Assembly (NCBI GenBank): GCA_002269645.1
Contig: NIVC01003293.1
Coordinates: 42,144 to 106,143, forward strand
Source: Macrostomum lignano
Lineage: Eukaryota
DNA length: 64,000 bases
Direction of reading: 5' to 3'
The number at the start of each line of letters is the position of its first letter. The stretch's first letter is position 1. Below, piece after piece: positions 11,701 through 22,326 of this stretch. A model generated the notes under the pieces. That model did no database searches. It saw only the letters and a program-made list of their open reading frames with translations, and had not been told where the DNA came from. The translations under genes were made by a program, and so were the position numbers.

Positions 11701-13900
11701 TAGATCTCAGCGCTAACGCAAGTTTCCCTTGGTAGCATAAATAGCATAATGTATTCACTTCAGGCCGGGATTCCAGTTGGCTAGAGTAAGTGTTTGATAT
11801 TTTCCACTTTATATTTGGAGCGAAGCTTTAATTTCATGCAATTTTTTGGCAACTAGTGTCGATTTTGGTAACCATGTTGATGCCCATCCGGAGGGTCTTA
11901 CGAAGACTCTCAAGTATCACCTTTGTGAGTCATTCGATAAACCGCTAATTCACAGCATTGCCCTTAAATGAGTTCGTAGCTTAATTCTTCCACAATGCAC
12001 TCATACAGTGGGCACATAAATCAACCTACAAGGAGCTCATACAGCACCCTACAATGAGCTCATACATACATCACCCTACAATGAGCTCATACATCACCCT
12101 ACAATGAGCTCATACATCACCCTACAATGAGCTCATACAACACCCTACAATGAGCTCATACATCACCCTACAATGAGCTCATACATCACCCTACAATGAG
12201 CTCATACATCACCCTACAATGAGCTCATACATCACCCTACAATGAGTTCATACATCACCCTACAATGAGTTCATAAATCACCCTACAATGAGCTCATACA
12301 TCACCCTACAATGAGCTCATACATCACCCTACAATGAGCTCACACATCACCCTACAATGAGCTCATACAACACCCTACAATGAGCTCACACATCACCCTA
12401 CAATGAGCTCATACATCACCCTACAATGAGCTCACACATCACCCTACAATGAGCTCACACATCACCCTACAATGAGCTCATACATCACCCTACAATGAGC
12501 TCACACATCACCCTACAATGAGCTCATACATCACCCTACAATGAGCTCATACAACACCCCATAAAACTTCAGCCAGCAGTCCCCGCTCACCTGTGCCTGT
12601 GAATGATGGCATTAAACGCCAGTCCGTCTTGCCAGCTGTTAGTAAAATTCCTCACATTCACATTGGCATAGCCGGCAGTTTTCATCTGGCACCACAACAG
12701 CAGGGCGTCTTTAGCCTGCCGACTGTCCGACTGCGATGGAGCAACAAATTCTGCCAACGTTGTCAACGTCACGGATCTGCACTCGTCCTCCGGTTGTTCT
12801 TGAACATCCTCTAGCACGCTTTGAATCTGGAACCGCAGTATAATAGTCCAGATCAGGCCCAGGGTCAGCCTGGCATTGCCATCAACAATGTCGTGCGCGC
12901 CGAGATTCTCCAGGTGAACGCATTGCTCAGTCAAGTAGCACAATGATTTATCAACATTCTCCAGACAGTGAATTCGCATTCGACCGCGAGTTGGTCGAGG
13001 CAGTCGATCGCCGGTCAGCGACTCGAGTAGTTTGAGCAGTACCTGACAAGACAGTTGTATTTAGACAAGTTAATTTCAATTTCGGAAAGGAATTCTAGCG
13101 TAGGATGTTTTTCAGTACAGTATAACAAAATAATCAGAGACATAAATATATAGGGGCTTGTAGCCTAGAGGTCTAGAGAGCGTCGGGCTCACGACTGAAA
13201 GGTCGGGGGTTCGATTCTCGACCCGCTCGGAACAATTTATGTTTTTAAGCAAGACACTTAACTCTGCATTGCTTCAGTTAAATGGGTGCCAGCATTAGCT
13301 GGGGTAATTGAAGGTGTGTGTGGCGAGCCCCCAGTCTTTGGACTGAACAGCCGTACGCAGCCTTCAGATGCGCCGCGCAATAGCTGCGGCTGAGCTGTCG
13401 GTTGCACATCTGGCCATCAGGGCAGGTGTAATCAATAATTGTATTATTATTATTATTATTTATATAGTAACTAGTTTTATTGAACTATTGAGGTAAAATA
13501 TCGCGTCAATTTCGCAACAACCTCTGATAAAACCTCTCATAAGCGCCAAGATCGATACGAATAGAGTTGTTAAATGTAATATGGAAATGAATTACATTAA
13601 ACCTACCTTTCCATCTCGCAATTCCAGATAGAGATCTTGAACATAAAAGTCAAACCGTGCAACATGAAGGTTGAGCCATTTAGTAAATGTCTTCTTTTGC
13701 ACCGCTTCTCTCTCTTCAGCCAGAGCTTTAATACGCGACCGCTCGTACAGCTTAGCGCTCAGATTCTCCGTTTGAAGCTGATGGTAGGCCTGGTGCTCGG
13801 CTTCTTCGCTAAAATCGGCCGAAGCGAAGCCGGTATCGCGTGAGGCCAGAAGTTCCGGGTTCCAGTGGATGCTTCTGTAGTTGTCCTGTAGTTCTACCAT
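552..13900 (-). CDS. SPTBN1: Beta-spectrin, 5' part (CH1-CH2 actin-binding domain plus the first spectrin repeats); 11 coding exons, gene continues beyond position 1
   Basis: Spliced translation carries the beta-spectrin signatures [83 protein letters not shown] and [14 protein letters not shown]. All junctions are GT-AG and exon phases are consistent once five 1-bp deletions are allowed. The symbol is family-level, not proven orthology. Confidence 0.93.
938..1966. repeat. 25-bp minisatellite, ~41 copies (CCAGTGTACATTGGGTGAGGATTGG)
   Basis: Period 25 (961, 986, 1011); starts 8 bp from the exon 11 acceptor. Confidence 0.95.
2194..2675 (-). CDS. SPTBN1: Beta-spectrin exon 10 ([14 protein letters not shown]...[12 protein letters not shown]); one 1-bp deletion near 2655
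   Basis: Acceptor atcctcag, donor CAG|GTTGGG; 482+1 nt = 161 codons. Confidence 0.85.
2957..3200 (+). mobile_element. tRNA-headed SINE-like element of a different family
   Basis: A-box TAGCCCAGTGG (2965) and B-box GGCTCGATTCC (3009); no convincing cloverleaf; 3' end uncertain. Confidence 0.5.
3980..4489 (-). CDS. SPTBN1: Beta-spectrin exon 9 ([17 protein letters not shown]...NSVGHR)
   Basis: Acceptor cccgaag, donor GTGAGT; 170 codons. Confidence 0.9.
4555..4795. repeat. 28-bp minisatellite (GGGAGGCTGGCCCAGCAACTGACACTCT) with degenerate edges
   Basis: Period 28 (4573, 4601, 4629). Confidence 0.9.
4822..5238 (-). CDS. SPTBN1: Beta-spectrin exon 8; needs four 1-bp insertions to read through
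   Basis: Acceptor catctcag, donor CAG|GTGCGC. Spectrin-like peptide switches frame near 5214, ~5003 and twice in ~4925-4950; 417+4 nt restores the expected phase. Confidence 0.8.
5292..5792. repeat. (TCAA)n microsatellite with TCAG interruptions
   Basis: Direct reading. Confidence 0.97.
5805..6019 (-). CDS. SPTBN1: Beta-spectrin exon 7 (ELLHCLD...[25 protein letters not shown]...GDY)
   Basis: Acceptor atttcaag, donor GTGAGC; matches the GKHLLGVEDLLQKH-type motif. Confidence 0.88.
6045..7010. repeat. Tetranucleotide mosaic (ACTA/ACTC/ACCA/ACTG) grading into 12-bp ACTCACTAACCA
   Basis: Direct reading; ends exactly at the exon 6 donor. Confidence 0.95.
7011..7172 (-). CDS. SPTBN1: Beta-spectrin exon 6 ([33 protein letters not shown]...LQLVYQ)
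   Basis: Acceptor tcttacag, donor CAG|GTGAGT; 54 codons; not shown in this frame in the ORF track. Confidence 0.88.
7480..7765. repeat. Degenerate GAGAAATTCCCCT-core repeat
   Basis: Recurrent gagaaattcccct(t)tgtgaagt. Confidence 0.7.
7836..8252 (-). CDS. SPTBN1: Beta-spectrin exon 5 ([14 protein letters not shown]...EERVTAV)
   Basis: Acceptor atacgcag, donor GTAAGT; 139 codons. Confidence 0.92.
8301..9553. repeat. 18-bp minisatellite (GGGAGTTGGTAGGTCACT), switching near 9344 to a 30-bp unit (GAAGATCTGACAAAGGATTGGTAGGTCACT)
   Basis: Direct reading; shared TTGGTAGGTCACT core. Confidence 0.95.
9576..9838 (-). CDS. SPTBN1: Beta-spectrin exon 4 ([13 protein letters not shown]...VQTQLQ)
   Basis: Acceptor tgaccag, donor GTGAGT; phase matches neighbouring exons. 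Confidence 0.92.
9850..10368. repeat. 21-bp minisatellite (GCGCCAAATTCAGGATAATTA)
   Basis: Direct reading. Confidence 0.93.
10418..10533 (-). CDS. SPTBN1: Beta-spectrin exon 3 ([38 protein letters not shown])
   Basis: Acceptor ttaacag, donor GTGAGC; CH2 motif. Confidence 0.9.
12040..12557. repeat. 23-bp minisatellite (CATCACCCTACAATGAGCTCATA), ~22 copies
   Basis: Period 23 (12069, 12092). Confidence 0.95.
12591..13042 (-). CDS. SPTBN1: Beta-spectrin exon 2 ([25 protein letters not shown]...IIHRH)
   Basis: Acceptor ttgtcag at 13043; donor GTGAGC at 12590; CH1/CH2 motifs. Confidence 0.92.
13153..13465 (+). mobile_element. tRNA-derived SINE with CORE-like central domain, copy 1 (with (ATT)n tail)
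   Basis: A-box TAGCCTAGAGG, B-box GGTTCGATTC, body GCAAGACACTTAACTC...AAATGGGT; ~250 bp shared with copies 2 and 3. Confidence 0.8.
13607..13900 (-). CDS. SPTBN1: Beta-spectrin coding exon 1 (MVELQ...LRDGK)
   Basis: ATG at 13900 in AAAAAAATG context; donor GTAGGT at 13606-13601. Confidence 0.88.
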
Positions 13901-15214
13901 TTTTTTAATATTCAGGAACTTGGTCGGGACTTGAGCAAGACTGTCTCCTAAATGAGATTCCAAGCAGTTGCCTGATCAGCGAGGAACCCCAATGCTGCTA
14001 GGCTGAAAATAAAGAAGTATTTGAAAAAGATATAAGCTTGATTCCTAAAAACAGTCTGGGGTTTTTCTTTACATAACTAAAAATAATATATTTAATATTT
14101 GGATATGTTTATGAATAAAATAAAATGCTTTATACACAGAATTTTTCGAAACAACTAAGACAATTCAGAAATTACAAAGTATTTCATCATTTATTTAAAA
14201 CATTAACAATGTTTTTAAAGCTATCAATTTAATTAAAACTGCAGTAAGCAATTGCTCAACACAATAACTGTATAGAAAATTACTACTTAAACATTATAAT
14301 TTATTAAGAAATTACCTTTAAACAATTTAACTTATATTCACTGTCAAAAAGCAAACCAACAGATGCTATTAGGAATAGCTGGCACAAAATAATGACAAAT
14401 CTATCTGCTTATTGTAATATCTTTTTACTTATATAGCTATTAGTGTTAACAACATTTTTACAATACTGGGATTACAAAAAATCATTTGAAATCGTTCGAA
14501 TACTTTTGAATGGATTGTTAGGCTTTAAACTAAGGATTACTGTCCAAGTACAGAGTTAAACATGAGCTAAAACACTCGATCACTTAACAAGCTCAATATT
14601 AAATTGTATTTGCAGCTCAAAATCAACTGAATTACAACTAAAATGTAAACATCGCATGAAAAATATATTTAGAAAGTCGGAAAAGTAAATTGAAAGCAGT
14701 AACTTGGCATTGTCAATGAAAATGCTGTGCAGCGGTCTCTTACTGGTCTCCACGATAATTTTTAACCTTTTCAAGAAATACGTTACCTTTAAATCACCGC
14801 CACACGAAAATACAAGCTGTTAAATCACTTTTTTCGTTTTTTACGATTATTATTTTATCAAAAGCGACTTCAAAATTTTTATTTATGATAGACGTGATCC
14901 TAAAAACGGCAAAAACAGTTACAAAATCCTCTTTTTATATTATAGAAAAATAAACCAAGGACTTTGCTAGTCTAATTTTGTTGTAAATACTGTATCCTAA
15001 TAACATTTTTCCCGGTAAAAGGCATAATAAAAGGCTTCATTGTAAAAGGCATGAATATCGGCTGTTTTATTAGGAGCTAGCCATTACTTAAGTTTCTGCT
15101 AATCCACCGACTAAAAACTTATATTACAACAATGCACAAAGGCTATCCAGCAGTTCAGAAACTCGCATGATTGCATTATAAATGTAGATTTCTGGGGCTT
15201 TGTACGTTGGTTAC

Positions 15215-16778
15215 TAGGGGTGTTCGGGGTTAGGTCGGGGTTCGGGGTCGGGATTAGGGGTCGGGGTTCGGGGTCCCGATGAATGTTCGGGATGGGGTTC
15301 GCGTTCCCGATAAATTTTCGGGATCGGGGTTCGGGACGGGATTTTGGACCGGGATTTCGGGGTTTTCGGGGTTTCGCAAATTTTCTGAATTCCCATAGAA
15401 CTACGAAAAAATCCTTATGAATTAGAATGTCGTCCGCTATGGTCTGCGGCAATTTCTTTCTTCTGATGTTGACGGCGTCGATCGATCCATTCGGAGGCGT
15501 CTTATGGAGCAGCTGAACAAGCTACACATTTGAGTGCAAAGACTTCAACATCTTGTTCTACAAGACCGCTGCTTTTCTAGACAATACCATCGCCGCATCG
15601 CCTCATCTAAACCTGGGTGACATGGTGGACATCCAAAACCATCTCAAGAGTGAGGTCATCTGGAGCCTTGAGCAAGAGCTTTCTGGACAAGATGGCGCTG
15701 CTGCTGCCAGCAGCGCAAATACAATGGCCGCTACCGAGGAGATGCACGATAATGTCATTTCGGGTACTGAAGAGAGCTCTGGATGCAAGTTTTTGCAGTT
15801 CTGCAGATTATCTGGAATTACCACTCAGGAGTGCAATGCGACTGCGAGTGCATCGAACTCCGGCGCCAGAGGAGACGCGAGGAAGAAGGAAGCGAGGCGC
15901 AGAGCAGCTGATCAGCTTTCTCTGTACAGGAGTCTGGCGCAGCAGAATTTTCAGGTAGCAGTCAGCGAATTCTGGAAGCAGAACTCCGCTAATCTTCCAG
16001 AGCTGGCAGAGCTCGCTAAGCTTCACCTCACCAGCTGATCGCTCAGCAAGTTAATGTTCTTGCGAGACAAATTCGATTAGCTGTATGCCATATTCGTTGA
16101 GCCAGAGACTGTAAAGTGACTCGCGTTCTATTCTATTATCACTTGGTAGTCTGATCATTTTGATTAGATGACATGAGAATTCAGACTATTTTAGTGTTTA
16201 CTAGCGTCAACGTGCATCGATGGCAATGCCACCAAAGACTAAGTAAACGAGATTAAGAAAAAGAGAGATTGATTCTTGATTGATAAGATAGCTTCTATCT
16301 CTGCAGAGAAAGAGGCACATGATGTTTCACACATCAAACACAGCAAAATTGTTGCTCAATGAACACAACCGTTGAGTTCTTAAGTTCGTTAGTTCGTATT
16401 TCGTATTCGTAATCGATGGAATTGAATAATATACTGAATAAATAGTGGTTTTCGAACCTTGAGTTCACTATTTGATTCACTATTGGAAAAAGAAAACAAA
16501 AGAAATGCAACCTGCCTTAAATTAATTTCACATTAATTTTAAGTTGAACTGAAACAGGCTAATAGTCGTAAGTAGCCGTCATTGCCCGTCAATACCACTT
16601 TTTATTTCATGCTATTGCTTACTTCAGCGTTATCGGGGTTCGGGGTCGGGATTAGGGTTCGGGACGGGGTTCGGGGTTCCCGATAAATGTTCGGGACGGG
16701 GTTCGGGATTCCCGAAAGATATTTTCGGGATCGGGGTTAACCCCGAACCCCGAAAAAATGCCATCCCAAACACCCCTA
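15215..16778 (+). mobile_element. Non-autonomous hAT-family DNA transposon (internally deleted), 1564 bp
   Basis: 16-bp TIRs TAGGGGTGTT(C/T)GGG(G/A)T; 5-bp direct repeat GTTAC at 15210-15214 and 16779-16783; CGGGG-rich subterminal repeats; internal transposase remnant. Confidence 0.8.
15553..16060 (+). pseudogene. hAT transposase C-terminal remnant
   Basis: AAFLD (cf. ATxLDPR), EFWKQNSANLPELAELAKLHLTS*, then SKLMFLRDKF; the ERxFS motif is missing. Confidence 0.65.
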
Positions 16779-18024
16779 GTTACTACCAACACAATTCAGA
16801 TGTCGAACTGTTGATGTAACAATATATTGCAAGTTTTTTGCTTCTCGTTTACGACTTAAATGAATTATAATCATCACACTGCCTGGGCAAATTGGCAAGC
16901 AAACGACCTGCTGGCAAATTATCCCTAAATTCTACCCCAAACACTTTTTCACGGACAACTTACGTAGTAGTTCGTGCACTTTTCTATTTTTGCGATGTAA
17001 AATTTATATGTACGAGAGTAAATATGTCGTACGCGTACATCATAAAACAAATTAAAATCTGTTAAATGCAATTCTTAACTGTACAGCTACTCAAGCTACA
17101 TAAAAGTTCCCTGCAATTATGATCTTTCAACTACAATCTGCTACTCGTACATGTTAGTTATGGTTAGGTTTAAAAAAACTTATTTTAATTTTATCTGCTT
17201 AGATGCGGCACAGGGATTTAAAAAGCATTCAAATATCATTAAATAATTTCGCAGGTTAGTGAGTCGAGCGAGCAAGGTAAATATAATTCCATAATTATTA
17301 TTCGTCATGGGACGCCAGAATATCTCAATTAGATTGCTGTCACTGTTGCTCGCTGCGTTATACACGACTCAAACAGCTAACCCGCCCACGCACAATAAAA
17401 TTGCAGCCATTCATCTCGTCTGAAAGAGAGCAAGAGAGAAGTGCTTTTGCCTCTTTTTTGTGCAATTGCTTCAATTAAATGGGCGCCGCCCACATATGCC
17501 TGCTCTAGTTTTTTTGACTAATTTTTCCACCAACACAAGCGTAGCAAGAGCCGAAGAGCACCAACAACTTTTTCAGCGGCGGAATGGTTTCATCAATTAA
17601 AAAGAAAAGCCAAAATTTAAGCAATAATGATGTATGAATTGCCTGCACAGTTCCCATAGATTCAAATTTCATAGGTTGAAAATTTGCTTGCTTTAAAAGT
17701 TCAAAATTTATCCCATCTCTAACACTGGATCAGACCATCCGCAGCCTAGAGGAAAGCCAATTAATTTTTTGACGTACTGATGGCATTGGTGGGCGCGGTG
17801 GTGTGATCCCATAGTCGATAGATCCTGCCTTTTTATCCACCCACGCTAACGCTCGATCTACATGTACGAGTATATTGCTATAGCAACAGCGGCCCCGCCC
17901 ACGCGGAAATATTTCTGCCAAATAATTTAAACTGCTTTAAATTACATTTAAGCTAATAGTTCATATTATATAGCTAATAAAAATTGATTATTTGCTGTAT
18001 ATTGAAAAACTATCCCTGAGTTTT

Positions 18025-20511
18025 ATATCTACACCCTCCACTATCCTTCGATCTATCCCTCTCGATCTGATCCTTCGGTCTTCAACCTCCCTGATCCTTT
18101 GATCTATACCCTCTCTGATCATTAGATCTACACCCTCCTAATTCTTTGATATACACCCTCCCTGATCTACACCCTCCCTGATCTACACCCTCCCTGATCT
18201 ACACTCTCCCTGATCTACACCCTCCCTGATCTACACTCTCCCTGATCTACACCCTCCCTGATCTACACTCTCCCTTGATCTACACTCTCCCTTGATCTAC
18301 ACTCTCCCTTGATCTACACTCTCCCTTGATCTACACTCTCCCTGATCTACACCCTGCTGATCTACACTCTCCCTGATCTACACTCTCCCTGATCTACACC
18401 CTCCCTGATCTACACCCTCCCTGATCTACACTCTCCCTTGATCTACACCCTCCCTGATCTACACTCTCCCTTGATCTACACTCTCCCTGATCTACACCCT
18501 GCTGATCTACACTCTCCCTGATCTACACTCTCCCTGATCTACACCCTCCCTGATCTACACCCTCCCTGATCTACACCCTCCCTGATCTACACTCTCCCTT
18601 GATCTACGGTACACCCTCCCTGATCTACACTCTCCCTGATCTGCACTCTCCCTGATCTACACTCTCCCTGATCTACACTCTCCCTGATCTACACTCTCCC
18701 TGATCTACACTCTCCCTGATTTACACTCTCCCTGATCTACACTCTCCCTGATCTACACTCTCCCTGATCTACACTCTCCCTGATCTACACTCTCCCTGAT
18801 CTACACCCTCCCTGATCTACACCCTCCCTGATCTACACCCTCCCTGATCTACACCCTCCCTGATCTACACTCTCCCTTGATCTACACTCTCCCTGATCTA
18901 CACTCTCCCTGATCTACACTCTCCCTTGATCTACATTCTCCCTGATCTACACTCTCCCTTGATCTACACTCTCCCTTGATCTACATTCTCCATTGATCTA
19001 CACTCTCCCTTGATCTACACCGTCCTTGATCTACACTCTCCCAGATCTACATCTCTCTGATCTACACTCTCCCTGATCTACACTCTCCCTGATCTACACT
19101 CTCCCTGATCTACACTCTCCCTTGATCTACACTCTCCCTTGATCTACATTCTCCATTGATCTACACTCTCCCTGATCTACACCCTCCCTGATCTACACCC
19201 TCCCTGATCTACACTCTCCCTTGATCTACACTCTCCCTTGATCTACACTCTCCCTGATCTACACCCTGCTGATCTACACTCTCCCAGATCTACACCTCTC
19301 TGATCTACACCCTCCTTGATCTACACTCTCCCTGATCTACACTCTCCCTGATCTACACTCTCCCTGATCTACACCCTGCTGATCTACACTCTCCCAGATC
19401 TACACCTCTCTGATCTACACCCTCCTTGATCTACACTCTCCCTTGATCTACACTCTCCCTTGATCTACATTCTCCATTGATCTACACTCTCCCTTGATCT
19501 ACACCGTCCTTGATCTACACCGTCCTTGATCTACACTCTCCCAGATCTACACCCTGCTGATCTACACTCTCTCTTGATCTACACTCTCCCTGATCTACAC
19601 CCTCCTTGATCTACACTCTCCCTGATCTACACCCTGCTGATCTACACTCTCCCAGATCTACACCTCTCTGATCTACACTCTCCCTGATCTACACCCTCCC
19701 TGATCTACACCCTCCTTGATCTACACTCTCCCTGATCTACACCCTGCTGATCTACACTCTCCCAGATCTACACTCTCCCTGATCTACACCCTCCCTGATC
19801 TACACTCTCCCTGATCTACACTCTCCCTGATCTACACCCTGCTGATCTACACTCTCCCTTGATCTACACTCTCCCTGATCTACACTCTCCCTGATCTACA
19901 CCCTCCCTTGATCTACACTCTCCCTGATCTACACTCTCCCTGATCTACACCCTCCCTGATCTACACCCTCCCTGATCTACACCTCTCTGATCTACACTCT
20001 CCCTGATCTACACCCTCCTTGATCTACACTCTCCCTGATCTACACCCTGCTGATCTACACTCTCCCAGATCTACACCTCTCTGATCTACACTCTCCCTGA
20101 TCTACACCCTGCTGATCTACACTCTCCCAGATCTACACCTCTCTGATCTACACCCTCCCTGATCTACACCCTCCTTGATCTACACTCTCCCTGATCTACA
20201 CCCTTCTGATCTACACTCTCCCAGATCTACACCTCTCTGATCTACACCCTCCCTGATCTACACTCTCCCTGATCTACACCCTCCCTGATCTACACCCTGC
20301 TGATCTACACTCTCCCTTGATCTACACTCTCCCTGATCTACACTCTCCCTGATCTACACCCTCCCTGATCTACACCCTCCCTGATCTACACCTCTCTGAT
20401 CTACACTCTCCCTGATCTACACCCTCCCTGATCTACACCCTCCCTGATCTACACCCTCCCTGATCTACACTCTCCCTGATCTACACCCTCCTTGATCTAC
20501 ACCCTCCCTGA
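18025..20511. repeat. 16/17-bp minisatellite (GATCTACACTCTCCCT), ~150 copies
   Basis: Direct reading. Confidence 0.96.
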
Positions 20512-22326
20512 TAAATAAAAAATTAAATCTTTGACTCCAAGTAAAAAAACAGCTCTCTTTAAAATTAACGAGCATGTCAGTAAAACAAGTTTTTGCGTAA
20601 CGGCTACCTGTTTACTGAATGCTTTAATATTAACCTAAACGAGAAGTTTAAATGTGAGGCTGTAAGAAAACATATCTGTTCACTTTGTACACCGATGCTT
20701 TTTTAACACCCTGGGAATTCCCGTGGAAAGCTAAGCTTAAATTAGCTTGAAGTACATTAGCTCGTTGGGCGAAAGGGGTACGGGCCGCGAGTCACGTGAT
20801 CTGATTCGGTCTTTTTGTATCCTTTACTTCCTCTTAACCTTTCTACGAACTAGCTAAAAGCGGCAAGGCAGGAAAGCAAGGAAACACGCCGATCCAAGCA
20901 GTATCACGTGAATGTTGAAGTTGAATCGTTTTAGAATCACATGTAGATGAACTGCGCAGATTTTGTTAAGGTGTTTAGTTTTCATAATTCAATCTAGCAA
21001 TACAGTTCATTCGGCTCTTTTAGAAGCAGAAATTATACGGAAGTGCGTGATAAAGTAAATTTTCAAATTGATGATCACCAGCTCGCAAGTCAGAAGAGAA
21101 AAACCTGCTGATGTTTTTTGGGCCATAAACCCTCACATACCAGTAAGTGCCGAAATGTGCAACTGTTAGCTCGCAATAACAAAAACACCCGATCCCCACA
21201 GATCTTGTGGTGGTCCCAGAAGAAATTTTCTATTTTAGAATCAGAGCTTAGGGACCAACTTTAAACTTTTAGCTGCTTGATTTTTAGAAAAATTTTGTCC
21301 CTGTGACCTCACGTACTTTGCGGGGCTTTTATGAATAATAACCACAATAATAATAATATTTATAGAACATACCAATTTTGAATTTGTTTGGTTCCGCTTT
21401 CCTACTCGTTTAAAGTTCATGAACAGGTTGCTGTATTTTTTACAATTAAATAAAATAAAATTATTGTGTTACAACTGGGGTGAGCAAAATGTTTGGCCTA
21501 AAGGCCCAGATAAAGATCCTAGCTAATGGCCAGGTGAGAGAGGAAATCGAGGAGAGAAGAGAAAGAAGATAAAAAGATAGAGAGAGAGAGAAGATGAGAG
21601 GATAGAGAAAAGAAGGGGGAGAGAGGAGAGAAGGGAGCTGAGAAGAGACAAGCCTTAAGCGGACCGGATTGCTATTGTGAAGTTTCAAAGGACCTGAGGG
21701 CCGGATAGAGAGGCTTCGCGGGCCGTGGGCTTGCAGACTATTGTGTTGAAAGAAACAAATCAAGTAAATTCTGTTTTAAAGTGTTTATGCTGTGTTCAGA
21801 ATTTGACTAGAAATAATCATAGATATATTTGTTTTAAATAGCAATCATTATCATCATCATTGTTATTGTAAATGTTTGAATTATTTAACAGGCGAGCGAA
21901 AGCGAACTGAATCCAATGTGGCATTGTGACTGACTATAACAGTAAGTTGATATACATTGCATGGTGTACAATGGGTCTACTCAGGGAGTGGTCAAGCATG
22001 CTGGCAGATTACAGCAGTATAAAGCACATAAAGATTCTCAGGAAGCGAGTTATTATTATGGCTGTCAATAAGGCAAGCATTTTCGCTTTCAGTAAAATTG
22101 TAAACAATTCGAATAGCGAGCGAGCGCAATAATTGTAACACAGCGACTATAATTACCAAAAAGCAACAGAAAAACACATTCGACAAGAAGCGATCAATAA
22201 AAGTATAAATGCGTTTCGAGGCCTCGCATCTACACTTTTTATTCGGAAGTGTCTTATGTAAGAATTACGACAGCGAAGATGTTCCAAGAGGTAAATTTGG
22301 TTGCTAGGTGGTCGTATTAGTGAGGC

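Noticed and set aside
14733-14745. CGGTCTCTTACTG resembles the start of the Macrostomum spliced leader as I recall it
   Set aside because: Only 13 nt match, the rest diverges, there is no donor or Sm site, it is on the opposite strand to spectrin, and the reference sequence is from memory
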